Positions 17,846 through 29,387 of a stretch of DNA of 64,000 nucleotides are shown here, piece after piece. The notes below the pieces were generated by a model. It ran no database searches. It was not told the DNA's origin and worked only from the letters and a program-made list of their open reading frames with translations. Numbering within the stretch: the first letter of the stretch is position 1; every line of letters starts with the position of its first letter. This DNA is from an uncultured candidate division Zixibacteria bacterium. Lineage in GTDB: Bacteria; Zixibacteria; MSB-5A5; UBA10806; 4484-95. The stretch spans positions 288,001 to 352,000 of the forward strand of contig CAXXKA010000010.1 of NCBI GenBank assembly GCA_963668625.2, written 5' to 3'. The translations under genes and the position numbers were made by a program.

Positions 17846-20383
17846 ATGCTGAGAAAACTGATTTTTACGATATTCGCGCTGGTTATGTTAATTACCTCCG
17901 GATGCGTGTACTATAATCTATTTTATAATGCCGAGCATAAATTCAGAGAGGCGGAGACTAACCAGGCCAACGCCAACCAGAATAAATCAGGCAGAAGCGC
18001 AGAGGTAATTCATAATCGAGCCGGCGAACCCATCGCACCCTCGATATCGATAAACGATAAAAATTTATATAAAGCGGCTATCGATAAAGCAAACAAAGTC
18101 GTCCAATACCATCCTGATTCCAAGTATATCGATGATGCCCTCTGGCTGATCGGTAAATCTCGCTTTAATATGACTGAATATATCACGGCCGATAAGAAGT
18201 TGAGGGAATTAATTGTCAGGGATCCCAATTCCGAATATGTCGATGATGCTTATTTCTACATAGGTATGAGCCAGTTCTGGCTAAATGAATATGACAGGGC
18301 TTTGACTGCTTTCAATAATGTTCTTAACTTGAAGAAAAGTAAATATAAAGATGACGCCGCTTTTAATATCGCTTATATCGACTACCTGGAGGGTAATTTT
18401 AACAGCGCTATTACCTCGTTCAAGAAGATGATAGATGATTATCCGAAATCTGATTCCGCGGCTACCGCCCAGTTCTTTATCGCCGTAAGCTATGACAGCC
18501 TGAGGGAGAATCAATCCGCTCTGGCGGCGTACCGGTTAGTAAAAAAGTATGGCCCCTCGCATGAACTTTATTTCGATGCGCAGTTCGCCTATGGAACCTC
18601 GGCATTCAGCGCCGACTCGATCAAACTTGGTATGGGTATTTTTACGGACCTTGCCGGCGAGGAAAGGTACTACGAGAAATCATCCATTATAAAAGTTAAA
18701 TATGCCGAGGGATTATATTTGATGGGGCAAGTGGAGGAGGCGGTAAAAGAATTTCTTGATGTATGCGAAAAATATTCCAGGACCGAACAATCGACTGAGT
18801 CTTATTATCGCCTGGGTTTGATCTATCAGGATTATTATTTCGATTTGAATCAGGCTAAGGAATATTTTAATAAAGCAACGCAGGAGAAGAGGGATTCGGA
18901 TTTCAGAAATCTCGCTCTTGCCCGCTCGGCTCAGATATCCAAGCTCGAATCGTATCGTATTCAACTCGGCCTCGATACCGAGGAGATATCCGCGCCGGAC
19001 AGCGCTAAGGCCGACTCGTTAAAGGACGAACAGACCGCGGTTGATTCGGTTGCCTCGCAAGATAGACTGGATATATCACTAAAGCCGACCGGTGAAAATC
19101 CTTACGATGGTATGGATTCGGCTCAAATCGCTAATATGCCGCCGGCAATCCGTCAGATGATGGAACGTATGGATGTTAACAAGCCACAATCTAAAGATTC
19201 GCTGATTGCCGCCGAGCCGACGACTGTCGATTCGTTCACGTACTATCCCGAGTTACTTAATAGCCCTCCGTACGATATGCTTTCCATGTATTACGAGGAT
19301 ACGAATGAGGATAGTTTACTGCTGATTGCCAATCAGAATGTTAAAATCGATAGCAGCGATATCAAAAAGGGAATAGAGGTAAGATTTCTTCTGGCCGAGT
19401 TATACCATCACGATTTGAACAGACCTGATTCCGCACTGAACGAATACATACAATTGATAGATAACTATCCGGAGTCGGAATATGCCCCGAAAGCGCTATT
19501 GGCTGCAGCCTCTATTTATGAAAACAAGGCAGATACGATATTAGCCGACTCGCTGTATCGTCAATTGGTAAAAAATTATCCATCAACCGACCAGGCCCAG
19601 TTAGCGGCCGATAAAATAGAAGACGCACGAATTCCCGAGAAATACGATATCCCGGCCATGTATAGAACTGCCGAGGATCTTTTCTATGTTCAAAACGATC
19701 CGCAAGGCGCGCTCGAGAAGTTTGCCTATATCGAGGAGAACTTCCCGGAATCCGATTATGCCGCCAAAAGCGCTTTTGCCAGAGTTTATATCGAGGATCA
19801 GATAAGGCAGGAGAGAAACGATAGCTCTATTTATTTGCTGTATGCCGATATCGTGGAAAGATACCCGGAAACCCCATATGCCTATGGCGCCAAGCTGGCG
19901 ATGGGGATCGAGAAACGTGTCGATCCGCGAGTGAAAAAATCTCCGGTTAATGTCAAGAAACGTTCGAGTCAACCGGAATCACAGGATTCTCTCGATCAAG
20001 AGCTCGAGGATTCGCTGTTTGTCGGTATGCCCTGGGCGCCGCCCGCCGCCGATAGTTTCGCTTTTCTTTATCCTGAGTCGCTGCTGGATGAGGGACATCG
20101 CGAAAAAGGCAAGGTTATTTTCAAAATCAGGCTCGATCTATTCGGCAATATCACGGAACATCAGTTACTGGGAACCTCCGGCAATGAGGTCATAGATTCT
20201 GTAGCTACCGAAACTCTTTTATTAACAACATTTGACACCTCGGGTCTCGATGACTTATCTTTACTCGACGGGTATTTCAGGTATGATATCCGGTTCGAGC
20301 CTCCGGAAAACTGGGAAGACAGATACGACCGGGCCGGAGAGTATGATGAGCGATATAATCAACAGCGAGAGAGGGGACCTTGA
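17846..20383 (+). CDS. large TPR lipoprotein (BamD-like repeats, PorW/SprE-like N-terminus) with TonB-C-like C-terminus
   Basis: lipobox TSGC then VYYNLFYNA; many YPxS..A TPR repeats; C-terminal YPE...GKVIFKIRLDLFGNI......SGNEVIDSVA. Confidence 0.7.
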   Translation: MLRKLIFTIFALVMLITSGCVYYNLFYNAEHKFREAETNQANANQNKSGRSAEVIHNRAGEPIAPSISINDKNLYKAAIDKANKVVQYHPDSKYIDDALWLIGKSRFNMTEYITADKKLRELIVRDPNSEYVDDAYFYIGMSQFWLNEYDRALTAFNNVLNLKKSKYKDDAAFNIAYIDYLEGNFNSAITSFKKMIDDYPKSDSAATAQFFIAVSYDSLRENQSALAAYRLVKKYGPSHELYFDAQFAYGTSAFSADSIKLGMGIFTDLAGEERYYEKSSIIKVKYAEGLYLMGQVEEAVKEFLDVCEKYSRTEQSTESYYRLGLIYQDYYFDLNQAKEYFNKATQEKRDSDFRNLALARSAQISKLESYRIQLGLDTEEISAPDSAKADSLKDEQTAVDSVASQDRLDISLKPTGENPYDGMDSAQIANMPPAIRQMMERMDVNKPQSKDSLIAAEPTTVDSFTYYPELLNSPPYDMLSMYYEDTNEDSLLLIANQNVKIDSSDIKKGIEVRFLLAELYHHDLNRPDSALNEYIQLIDNYPESEYAPKALLAAASIYENKADTILADSLYRQLVKNYPSTDQAQLAADKIEDARIPEKYDIPAMYRTAEDLFYVQNDPQGALEKFAYIEENFPESDYAAKSAFARVYIEDQIRQERNDSSIYLLYADIVERYPETPYAYGAKLAMGIEKRVDPRVKKSPVNVKKRSSQPESQDSLDQELEDSLFVGMPWAPPAADSFAFLYPESLLDEGHREKGKVIFKIRLDLFGNITEHQLLGTSGNEVIDSVATETLLLTTFDTSGLDDLSLLDGYFRYDIRFEPPENWEDRYDRAGEYDERYNQQRERGP

Positions 20384-21210
20384 GGAAGCACTCAGGCCTA
20401 TGTAAAATCGAAAAGGTTACCAGCTTAACCTCCAGTATTTTCAGTATAGAAATCGAATGCCCCGCCATAGCAGATAAATGTCATCCAGGACAATTCGTAC
20501 AATTGAAAATTAACGATTATCCATCATTGATATGGCCCCGACCGTTTTCCATCCATAACGCCGAAAACGGTAATATCACTTTAAGCTTAAAAAAATTCGG
20601 CACTATCACCAATCTGCTGGAAAAAAAGAAACCTGGAGATTATATACAGGTGACCGGTCCACTGGGAAATTATTTCCAGATGCCACGACCGGATAAGGAT
20701 ATTTATTTCATTGCCGGAGGAGTCGGTTTGCCCCCACTTCACTATTGTTGTATGAAAATTCTTGATTCGGGCCATCCCGCCGATAAAATTCATTTCTATT
20801 CGGGAGCGGCAACCGGTGATGATTTATTCTGCCAACAACAGATGGAGGAGTTGGGAGTGGACTATGTAGCTGCCACTGATGACGGCTCGTTCGGCATTCA
20901 AGGCTACGTTACAGAGCCGTTCTATGTGGAACTGATGAGACGTAGAACGGCCGGAGAGTCTTTCGAGCCGGTGGTTTACGGTTGTGGCCCCATGCCCATG
21001 CTCAAGCGAGTAGCCGAGATAAGCTATGGTATACCCTGCTTCGTATCATTGGAGCAACTTATGCCCTGTGGCTGGGGTGTGTGCAACGGTTGCGCGGTGA
21101 AACTGAAAAAGACCGATAATCATAAAACCGAGGATAACCGAAATTTCCGCCTTGCCAGGGTTTGCAAGGAAGGGCCTATATTTGACGCCTCGGAGGTAAT
21201 GTGGGAATAA
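20380..21210 (+). CDS. pyrK: dihydroorotate dehydrogenase electron-transfer subunit
   Basis: PGQFV, RPFSI, GPLGN, AGGVGLPP, CGPMPML, CGWGVCNGC..VCKEGP. Confidence 0.92.
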   Translation: MRKHSGLCKIEKVTSLTSSIFSIEIECPAIADKCHPGQFVQLKINDYPSLIWPRPFSIHNAENGNITLSLKKFGTITNLLEKKKPGDYIQVTGPLGNYFQMPRPDKDIYFIAGGVGLPPLHYCCMKILDSGHPADKIHFYSGAATGDDLFCQQQMEELGVDYVAATDDGSFGIQGYVTEPFYVELMRRRTAGESFEPVVYGCGPMPMLKRVAEISYGIPCFVSLEQLMPCGWGVCNGCAVKLKKTDNHKTEDNRNFRLARVCKEGPIFDASEVMWE

Positions 21211-22124
21211 AGCTCGAAATAGATTTAGCCGGTGTGAAACTGGTTAATCCGCTTCTAACGGCCTCCGGATGTTTCGGGTATGGCGAGGAGGCCGCCGAAT
21301 TTTATGATCTGAAATTATTGGGTGGCGTTGTCACCAAGTCGATTACACCCCATCCCCGAACCGGTCATCCCCCGCCGAAAGTGGTCGAGACTCATTCGGG
21401 TATGCTAAATGCGATTGGTCTTACCAATGTTGGTGTCGAGGAGTTTTTACGATCCAAAATGCCGTTCCTTCGCAAGTGTGGCAGTAGGGTTATAGTCAAT
21501 ATCGCCGGTACTACGGTGGATGACTATGCCGTGTTGGCCGAGCGAGTGTCCGCCGAATCCGGCGTTGACGCTCTCGAGATAAATATATCCTGCCCCAATG
21601 TCGAACGAGGAGGGATGGAGTTCGGCGCCTCGCCCGAGGGAGCCTCTAAGGTTACCGAGGCGGTCAAGAAAGTAAGCCGGGTTCCGGTCATCCCCAAGCT
21701 CTCGCCCAATGTCAGCGATATCGTAGCCGTGGCCACCGCCGTGGAAAACGCCGGAGCGGATGCTGTTTCGCTCATAAACACTCTGGTCGGTACGGCTATT
21801 GATATCGATACCGGTCAATTCAAGCTCTCAAACCGCTTTGGCGGCCTCTCCGGGCATGCTATAAAGCCGGTAGCGCTGGCTATGGTATACAAGGTAGCTA
21901 AGGCCGTCAAAATCCCCGTAATCGGCCTGGGGGGGATATCAGGCGGCGCGGATGTCATAGAGTTCATGCTAGCCGGGGCCTCCGCCGTGCAGATAGGTAC
22001 CGCCTGTTTCGCGGAGCCGATGATATTCAGCCGTATCCTAAACGAAATAGAAACTTATCTCGAAAAGCATGGCTATGAGGATATAAACCAGATTATAGGC
22101 AAAGCCGGAGAAAATATATCATGA
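21201..22124 (+). CDS. pyrD: dihydroorotate dehydrogenase family 1B catalytic subunit
   Basis: ASGCFG, GMLNAIGL, EINISCPN, KLSPN, LINT, GGLSG. Confidence 0.95.
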   Translation: MGIKLEIDLAGVKLVNPLLTASGCFGYGEEAAEFYDLKLLGGVVTKSITPHPRTGHPPPKVVETHSGMLNAIGLTNVGVEEFLRSKMPFLRKCGSRVIVNIAGTTVDDYAVLAERVSAESGVDALEINISCPNVERGGMEFGASPEGASKVTEAVKKVSRVPVIPKLSPNVSDIVAVATAVENAGADAVSLINTLVGTAIDIDTGQFKLSNRFGGLSGHAIKPVALAMVYKVAKAVKIPVIGLGGISGGADVIEFMLAGASAVQIGTACFAEPMIFSRILNEIETYLEKHGYEDINQIIGKAGENIS

Positions 22125-22942
22125 AATTCAAAGAGAAACTTCTAGAAGCCGCCCAAACCAATAAAAGCTGGCTATGTGTAGGATTGGATCCCGACCTGAA
22201 TAAGCTGCCCGGGCCGGTCGAGAAATCAGTTGAAGGCATCGAGATATTTCTTAAAAATATCATAGATACCACGAAGGATCTGGTTTGCGCTTATAAACCC
22301 AATTCGGCATTCTACGAGCAGTTCGGCGCCGAGGGAATTACACTTCTGAAAGAAGTTATAACGTATATCCCCGATAACATCCCTGTTATTCTCGATGCCA
22401 AACGCGGGGATATCGGCAACACCTCCAGGATGTACGCTATAACAGCTTTCGAAAGCCTGGGAGCGGATGCTATCACGGTTCATCCGTATATGGGCATCGA
22501 TTCGGTCGGGCCGTTTATCGATTATGAGGATAAAGGCGTGTTCATCCTGTGTCTCACCTCCAATCCCTCCTCCGGTGATTTCCAGAAGCAGGTGCTCGAC
22601 AGCGCTAATATTTTCTACAAGCTGGTGGCTCAAACCTCTCTCGAATGGAATAAGAACGATAATATCGGACTGGTTGTCGGGGCTACCAAACCCGGCGAGT
22701 TGAAAGATATACGGAAGCTTATAGGCCAGGATATACCGCTTCTGATTCCGGGTATAGGAGCCCAGGGAGGAGACCTGCAGGAGTCTCTTAAAAGCGGCGC
22801 TAATGCAAACGGTCAACTGGCGATTATTAACGCTTCCCGTTCGGTACTATATGCCTCGGTAGAACAGGATTATCCTGATAAATCCCGGGATGAGGCTTTC
22901 AATCTGGTTTCCGCCATGAGAAGTATCTTGAATCTTAAATAA
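22121..22942 (+). CDS. pyrF: orotidine-5'-phosphate decarboxylase
   Basis: LCVGLDP, YKPNSAFYE, DAKRGDIGNT, GLVVGAT, PGIGAQGG. Confidence 0.95.
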   Translation: MKFKEKLLEAAQTNKSWLCVGLDPDLNKLPGPVEKSVEGIEIFLKNIIDTTKDLVCAYKPNSAFYEQFGAEGITLLKEVITYIPDNIPVILDAKRGDIGNTSRMYAITAFESLGADAITVHPYMGIDSVGPFIDYEDKGVFILCLTSNPSSGDFQKQVLDSANIFYKLVAQTSLEWNKNDNIGLVVGATKPGELKDIRKLIGQDIPLLIPGIGAQGGDLQESLKSGANANGQLAIINASRSVLYASVEQDYPDKSRDEAFNLVSAMRSILNLK

Positions 22943-23026
22943 CATTCGTTGGACTTGGCTGTTAAGTAAACAGCTAATACTATTGTAAACTGAATATAAA
23001 ATACCTATCGGGCTATAGATAAAGGA

Positions 23027-24313
23027 GTGCGCAGGATGGATAGATTTGTCGGGTTGTTAGGGCTAATCGTAATGTTAGCTATCGCTTACGGGCTTTCTAA
23101 AAGCCGGAAAGATATTAGCTGGCGCCTTGTTGGCTGGGGAATGGGCTTGCAGCTTATTTTCGCGGTACTTATACTTAAAACAAGCCCCGGAAAATGGATA
23201 TTCGAAAAATGCAATGATGTTATCCTGGGGGTGCTGGGATGCGCCGAATCGGGAGCGCGATTCGTGTTCGGCAACCTGGTAACGCAGTACGCGCCTGTCG
23301 GTAATCTCTCCGATGCCGGCCAGTTCGTGGAAACTCCCGGATTGTTTGTCAATAACGGTATGGCCTTTTTCGCCTTCAGCGTGTTGCCAACCATTATCTT
23401 TTTCTCTGCCCTGATTACGGTACTCTATCATTACGGTTTAATGCAAAAGCTTGTGCTTCTGCTGGCCAAGCTGATGGCCTGGACTATGAAGACCTCCGGC
23501 TCCGAATCGCTTTCGGCGGCGGCCAATATATTTGTCGGCCAAACAGAGGCGCCACTGGTGGTAAAGCCATATGTCAGCAAGATGACCTATTCTGAGCTGT
23601 GCGCCATTATGACAGGTGGATTTGCCACAATTGCAGGGGGCGTGATGGCGGCATATGTTGGCCTTTTGAAAGACGCCGTCCCCGGAATCGCCGGTCATTT
23701 GATGGCGGCTTCTATTATGTCAGCGCCGGCGGGGTTGGTTTTCGCCAAGCTGTTTACCCCGGAAACCGAGGAGTCTGTCACCGCCGGTGAGGTTAAGTTT
23801 CATGTCGAGAAGCTTGATAAAAACGGCGTTGATGCTGCCTCTCGAGGAGCTACCGATGGCTTGAGACTAGCTCTCAATGTAGGTGCTATGCTTATAGCAT
23901 TCATAGGCTTAGTTACATTGATAAACATTATCCTCGGACTTTTCTGGGAGGATTTATCCCTGGCCTGGATATTCGGCAAAGCCTTAGCGCCGCTGGCCTG
24001 GATGATGGGAGTGCCCTGGGATGACTGCGCCAGGCTGGGTGACATACTCGGTACCAAGGTGATGATAAACGAATTTGTAGCCTTCTTGAAATTTCAGGCT
24101 TACGCGGCCGATCTCTCGCCTAAAGCGCAGGTCATCGCGGCCTATGCGATATGCGGTTTCGCCAACTTGAGCTCGATCGGCATACAGATCGGCGGAATCT
24201 CGGGCATTGCCCCGGAGCGCAGAAGCGACCTGGCCAGCCTGGCATTCCGGGCCATGACAGCCGGCGCGTTCGCCTCCTGGAGCACTGCCTGCATCGCGGG
24301 GATGTTGATATAA
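23027..24313 (+). CDS. nupC: NupC/CNT family nucleoside transporter
   Basis: NIFVGQTEAP, GFATIAG, INEFVA, CGFANLSSIGI. Confidence 0.92.
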   Translation: MRRMDRFVGLLGLIVMLAIAYGLSKSRKDISWRLVGWGMGLQLIFAVLILKTSPGKWIFEKCNDVILGVLGCAESGARFVFGNLVTQYAPVGNLSDAGQFVETPGLFVNNGMAFFAFSVLPTIIFFSALITVLYHYGLMQKLVLLLAKLMAWTMKTSGSESLSAAANIFVGQTEAPLVVKPYVSKMTYSELCAIMTGGFATIAGGVMAAYVGLLKDAVPGIAGHLMAASIMSAPAGLVFAKLFTPETEESVTAGEVKFHVEKLDKNGVDAASRGATDGLRLALNVGAMLIAFIGLVTLINIILGLFWEDLSLAWIFGKALAPLAWMMGVPWDDCARLGDILGTKVMINEFVAFLKFQAYAADLSPKAQVIAAYAICGFANLSSIGIQIGGISGIAPERRSDLASLAFRAMTAGAFASWSTACIAGMLI

Positions 24314-24326
24314 AAGATGAAAAGGA

Positions 24327-24357
24327 GAGTAGGTTGAAACCCCGCGGTTCCGACGCC
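24327..24357. repeat. REP half-unit (GAGTAGGTTGAAACCCC family)
   Basis: matches units at ~1819, ~2053 and ~2409. Confidence 0.7.
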
Positions 24358-24601
24358 CCGTAATCTTGATAGAATAAAGCGAACCTTCTCCACAGTCAGG
24401 GTGGGGTACTTTTTGTCAGTGCTAGAATATTTCGGTTTCTTTGCCTGAATCATCGTACACCCAAGCGCGCCATCTTATTTTATTGGTATTCTGACTTTCT
24501 TTATTGCCAATAATATAAATATATTCTGATTTATCATTTAAAGCCGTCAGGAATCTTTTCCTGACGGCTCTTTACTTTGTTAACTAAAGATGAAATCGAT
24601 C

Positions 24602-25930
24602 CTACTTCTCGAACTTGATATCGTACCAGTCGATCTTGCGCGTGAAAAACATCACCAGCCCTAGCACCACGAATAAGCCGATACTGCCCATCAACAGGGC
24701 GTAGTCCTCCAGTTGCAGGATTATGTATAAAAATCCGTACAGCACGGTCAGTATCCCGCCAACCATCAAGGCCATCCTGGCTTTTTTCAGTATGCTTTTC
24801 GAATAGCCGGTTATCAGCCCGATAATGCTCAGGCACGATATCCAGTAGGCGATATCGAAATTGGTATGTTCTGATATCGAGATTAGTAGCGAATAAAATA
24901 GCACTATTGCCAGCCCGATAAGCAGGTATTGTATCGGGTGAAGTTTAATCCTGTTGAACACCTCGGAGAAGAAGAAAGCCGTGAAAGCAAACACGATGAA
25001 CATCAGGGCATATTTAACCGTGCGGGTGGATTTCTGATAAATATCCACGGGGATAGCCAGCTTGATGCCAAAAGCCGAGCTTTCCAAATCGTACTTAATA
25101 TTCGTCCAGTACTGAGGATAATTCCTGTTCAAATCGAGGATTTTCCAGGATGCTGAGAAACCGCTTTCGGTTATATCTCTTGTTACCGGTAAAAATGCGC
25201 CATCGAATCCCGGATCGGGCCAGCCCGACTCGATAGAGACCGTGGTTTGTTTGCCGACCGGTATGAAATCGATTCGCTGGCTGCCGTTTAAGTTAATATC
25301 GAATTCGTAATAAAGGCTATCCATTTGCCAGTCTATACCGATTTTGGAACTGACCCCGGATTTGATGACCTCGTTGGTAACCAGTCCCGGATTCATGACC
25401 AGAGAGTCGCCATTGATACTGGCCTTTATTTGATCCCCGACACCTCGCATATCGGCTATGCCAAGCGAGATAACTACTCCATCCCATATGATATCACTGT
25501 TAAGTACATTCAATTGATCGAATTGCAATTTGGGAAATACGCCTTTGATGCTTAAACTCGATTTATATAGTACCGTTTCATATATCCCCAGGTATCTGAT
25601 CTCAGGATTTATTCGCCCCCTGATATCCGCGCTATCGGGCAAAAAGTGCATATAGCGGATAGTATATGAGTTGTTCTCGGTATCATTGGTGTTATATTTC
25701 TTATACGGGATTGATATTATCGGGCCGGTTATGGTTTGCTTATCGCCCCATTTAGAACTAAGTTTGCCTATCACCTCCTCTTTTCTGGCTTTTCTCTCCT
25801 TTATCAATGAGGATACCATGCTAGTGGGTATCAACAGAAGTAAGACTAAAAACACCATCACGATCAGTTTCAAGGTTACGGAATTGCGCAGACTTACTGC
25901 CATACTTTTTGATTCTTCCTTGCGATTCAT
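24602..25930 (-). CDS. creD: inner membrane protein CreD
   Basis: W...QTITGP, SGWPDPGF.G.FLP, YQKSTRTVKY, HPIQYLLIG, LLISISEH, EDYALLMGS. Confidence 0.92.
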   Translation of the reverse strand: MNRKEESKSMAVSLRNSVTLKLIVMVFLVLLLLIPTSMVSSLIKERKARKEEVIGKLSSKWGDKQTITGPIISIPYKKYNTNDTENNSYTIRYMHFLPDSADIRGRINPEIRYLGIYETVLYKSSLSIKGVFPKLQFDQLNVLNSDIIWDGVVISLGIADMRGVGDQIKASINGDSLVMNPGLVTNEVIKSGVSSKIGIDWQMDSLYYEFDINLNGSQRIDFIPVGKQTTVSIESGWPDPGFDGAFLPVTRDITESGFSASWKILDLNRNYPQYWTNIKYDLESSAFGIKLAIPVDIYQKSTRTVKYALMFIVFAFTAFFFSEVFNRIKLHPIQYLLIGLAIVLFYSLLISISEHTNFDIAYWISCLSIIGLITGYSKSILKKARMALMVGGILTVLYGFLYIILQLEDYALLMGSIGLFVVLGLVMFFTRKIDWYDIKFEK

Positions 25931-26566
25931 ACCATCCTTTCGAATAATATTTTATGAATTTTAGTAATTTTAGATCATAGGTTATACCACCATATGATAG
26001 TGGAGTTCCAATGAGAGGTACGGTTTGTATAATTTTAACGTTTTAGGATATTGAATGATGATCTCTGCCGGATTGAAAAGAGTCAATCGAAGTAGCTTTA
26101 AAAACTCTTTCAGCTAACTACTACTATTCGGAACAGGATACGGACAGATTAGTGATCTTCTCTATTATGACTTAAACACTGCCTGGATAAGCTTACTAGT
26201 TCAAAGAAAAGCGCAATATAGAAAAAATGTTATTATTTAAGAGGATTTGAGATAGCTACGCGCTGAGATCATAATTATATCATAACTTATTGATAAATAA
26301 CATGAAATTACAGTAGCGTTGCGTACCTTGCCTGTTTAGCCTGTCAGGCATATATTGATAGCTAATAGTTAACTTATTATATATCAACTCGGTATAAGAT
26401 AAGCAATTTTTTGCTTGACTGAAAATAGTTATATTTTTAAATTTAGATCAATACAAAATACGTAACATTGTACTCATTGCGTTCTGGTCTGAATATCAAG
26501 TACATGTTACAATCGACTTCAGGTTCAGCATCACTGATTTTACATCAAGTCATCTAATTTGTGGGC

Positions 26567-26602
26567 AAAAATAAACCCCACCTGCAGATGGGGCTTATTT
26601 CT
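26567..26602 (-). terminator. terminator downstream of gyrA
   Basis: AAATAAACCCCA..TGGGGCTTATTT stem with T tract on the minus strand; two more hairpins at ~26605-26672. Confidence 0.65.
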
Positions 26603-26699
26603 CTGGTATACCCTGGGGGGAATCCAAGGGGCATACGCTGCGTAGACCGGCAGTCGAAAAGGGCTGCCGGTTATTTATTTTAAACTATCTTAATTAATA

Positions 26700-29177
26700 T
26701 TACTCCTCAATGCCATTTCCGTTCCCGTTACCGTTTCCATTCGTGTTTTCCCTCGGGACATTGGCAACATCGATGAGCTTATCATCCTTATCCAGATTCA
26801 TCAGCCTGACTCCCTGAGTATTTCTGCCGATTGATCTGACCTGGCTGATAGCGATTCGGTTGATTATACCTTTCTGGGTGATCAGAAGCAGTTCATCGTC
26901 ATCGACCACCTCTTTAACGGTAACAACTTCACCGTTTCGATTGGAGGCTTTGATATTGATAATTCCCTTACCGCCGCGATTGGTAACCCGGTAGTCGGCC
27001 ACATTCGATCGTTTGCCGTAGCCGAATTCGGTCACTGTCAAAATCGTGCCCTCGCGCATGATAACCACCATGCCGATCACGAAATCACCCTTGGCCAGGT
27101 TGATACCACGCACGCCGTAAGCAGTTCGTCCCATAGCCCTGACCTTATCCTCGGGGAACCTGATCGCCTGACCTTTGCGGGTGGCCAATACGATATCGCA
27201 GGAGCCGTCGGTAAGCCCGACCTCGACTACTTTATCTGTATCGGGAATGTTCATGGCTATGATACCGTCCCGGCGCGGGTTGGAGAACGCCTGAAGCTCG
27301 GTTTTCTTGATCTGGCCGTTCTCTGTGGCCATCACCACGTAGGAATCATCCTCGAACGAACGCACCGGCACGAACGCCGCTATTTTGTCTGCTTTGCTGT
27401 CTATGCCGATCAGGTTGACAATCGGCTTGCCTTTTGCCAGACGGCCGCCCTGGGGTACCTCGTGCACTTTTAACCAGTAGCATTTGCCCAGTTCGGTGAA
27501 GAACAATATATATTGATGGGTTGAGGCAACGAACATGTGTTCGACGAAGTCCTCTTCTTTCATCTCCATGCCGATTTTACCGCGAGTACCGCGAGCCTGC
27601 TTTTTATACGAGGAGATCGAGATACGTTTGATATAGCCGGTATGGGAGATCGTGACCACCATATCCTCCTCGGCGATCAGATCCTCTATGGTGAAGTCCT
27701 CGGTAATATCCTCCTCGATGATAATAGTCCGACGCTCATCACCGTATTTTTCCTGTATCTCTTTGAGTTCGTCCTTGATAATCATCATACGCTGAGTGAG
27801 GCTTTCGAGAATACCTTTCAGCTTGGCGATCAGTTTGATAATAGCCCGGTATTCATCCTCGATTTTCTGGCGTTCCAGGCCGGTAAGCCTCTGTAAACGC
27901 ATATCTAAAATAGCCTGAGCCTGGATTTCCGAAAGCTTGAATGTGTTTATCAAGCCGACTTTAGCCTCGGCCGGTGATTTCGATTTCTTGATCAGCTCGA
28001 TTACCGCATCGATATTATCCAGCGCGATTTTATAACCCTCGAGAATATGGGCGCGTTTTTCGGCCTCATCGAGTTCGTATTTCGTGCGCCTGACGATTAC
28101 CTCGTGGCGGTGATCGATGAATTTCTGAAGTATCTCTTTTAGGTTCAGTACTTTCGGGATACCCTTATCCAGCGCCAGCATATTCATGCCGAAAGCTGTC
28201 TGCATCTGGGTCATCTTGAATAACTGGTTGAGGACTACCTCCGCCTGGGCGTCACGCTTTAGCTCGATAACGATGCGCATACCGTCACGATCCGACTCGT
28301 CGCGAAGATCGGAGATGCCTGCCATTTTCTTGTTGCGCACCAGGTCGGCGATTTTCTCCAACAGGTTGGCTTTATTGACCTGGTAAGGAATTTCGGATAC
28401 TATAATACTATCCTTGCCGTTTTTACCTGTTTCGATATTGGCTTTTGAACGGATGAAAAACCTGCCATGTCCGGTTTTATAACCATTGCGCATACCATCC
28501 AGGCCGAATATGATTCCGCCGGTCGGAAAATCAGGGCCTTTGACATATTGCAGCAGGTCATCTATACTCGCGTCGGGTTCATCTATGAGATGGTTTAGCG
28601 CCTCGACGACTTCGTTAAGATTATGAGGCGGGATATTAGTTGCCATACCGACTGCGATACCGGTAGCGCCATTGCATATTAGATTGGGGAATTTTCCCGG
28701 CAATACTGTCGGCTCCTGACGGGTATCATCATAATTGGGAATGAAATCAACGGTGTTCTTTTGAAGGTCGGACAGCATCTCGACACTCGGCGGCGTCATC
28801 CTGGCCTCGGTGTATCTCATGGCCGCCGGTGAGTCGCCATCAACGGAACCGAAGTTACCCTGGCCGTCCACCATAAGGTAACGCATATTGAAATCCTGCG
28901 CCATACGAACTAAAGTGGGGTATACCACCTGTTCGCCGTGCGGGTGGTAGTTACCGGAGGTATCACCGGCGATTTTGGCGCATTTTCTGTACGGTCGACC
29001 CGGATTAAGATTGAGATCGTTCATTGCCACTAAAATTCGTCGGTTGGATGGTTTCAAACCATCCCTGACATCCGGCAGTGCGCGATTGGTAATTACAGAC
29101 ATAGAGTAGTCGATATAGGATTTTTTCATCTCCTCTTCGATATAAACAGAAAGAATTTTTTCCGAGCCCAGAGGCAT
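26700..29177 (-). CDS. gyrA: DNA gyrase subunit A
   Basis: [24 protein letters not shown], GyrA-box-like QARGTRG, C-terminal beta-pinwheel repeats. Confidence 0.95.
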   Translation of the reverse strand: MPLGSEKILSVYIEEEMKKSYIDYSMSVITNRALPDVRDGLKPSNRRILVAMNDLNLNPGRPYRKCAKIAGDTSGNYHPHGEQVVYPTLVRMAQDFNMRYLMVDGQGNFGSVDGDSPAAMRYTEARMTPPSVEMLSDLQKNTVDFIPNYDDTRQEPTVLPGKFPNLICNGATGIAVGMATNIPPHNLNEVVEALNHLIDEPDASIDDLLQYVKGPDFPTGGIIFGLDGMRNGYKTGHGRFFIRSKANIETGKNGKDSIIVSEIPYQVNKANLLEKIADLVRNKKMAGISDLRDESDRDGMRIVIELKRDAQAEVVLNQLFKMTQMQTAFGMNMLALDKGIPKVLNLKEILQKFIDHRHEVIVRRTKYELDEAEKRAHILEGYKIALDNIDAVIELIKKSKSPAEAKVGLINTFKLSEIQAQAILDMRLQRLTGLERQKIEDEYRAIIKLIAKLKGILESLTQRMMIIKDELKEIQEKYGDERRTIIIEEDITEDFTIEDLIAEEDMVVTISHTGYIKRISISSYKKQARGTRGKIGMEMKEEDFVEHMFVASTHQYILFFTELGKCYWLKVHEVPQGGRLAKGKPIVNLIGIDSKADKIAAFVPVRSFEDDSYVVMATENGQIKKTELQAFSNPRRDGIIAMNIPDTDKVVEVGLTDGSCDIVLATRKGQAIRFPEDKVRAMGRTAYGVRGINLAKGDFVIGMVVIMREGTILTVTEFGYGKRSNVADYRVTNRGGKGIINIKASNRNGEVVTVKEVVDDDELLLITQKGIINRIAISQVRSIGRNTQGVRLMNLDKDDKLIDVANVPRENTNGNGNGNGNGIEE

Positions 29178-29387
29178 ATTATCTATCTCCTTTACCCGTT
29201 AAACGGGCCTGCTTTTTCAAACTAAATCAACCCGGCGTAAATTGCCTCTATAGGGCTTACCCGGATTTTTCCATAATCATTAATAATACTATAAATCTTA
29301 AGTATTTTCAAGTAAATTCTAGTTATAAGATATAAATTAACTTATTGTCAGCCAGTAAGATATAGTAAGCTTTGCGTAGCCATGTAA

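Noticed and set aside
26118-26318. another IS4-type MITE (CTACTACTATTCGG ... CAGTAGCG)
   Set aside because: Ends match too poorly and there is no TSD
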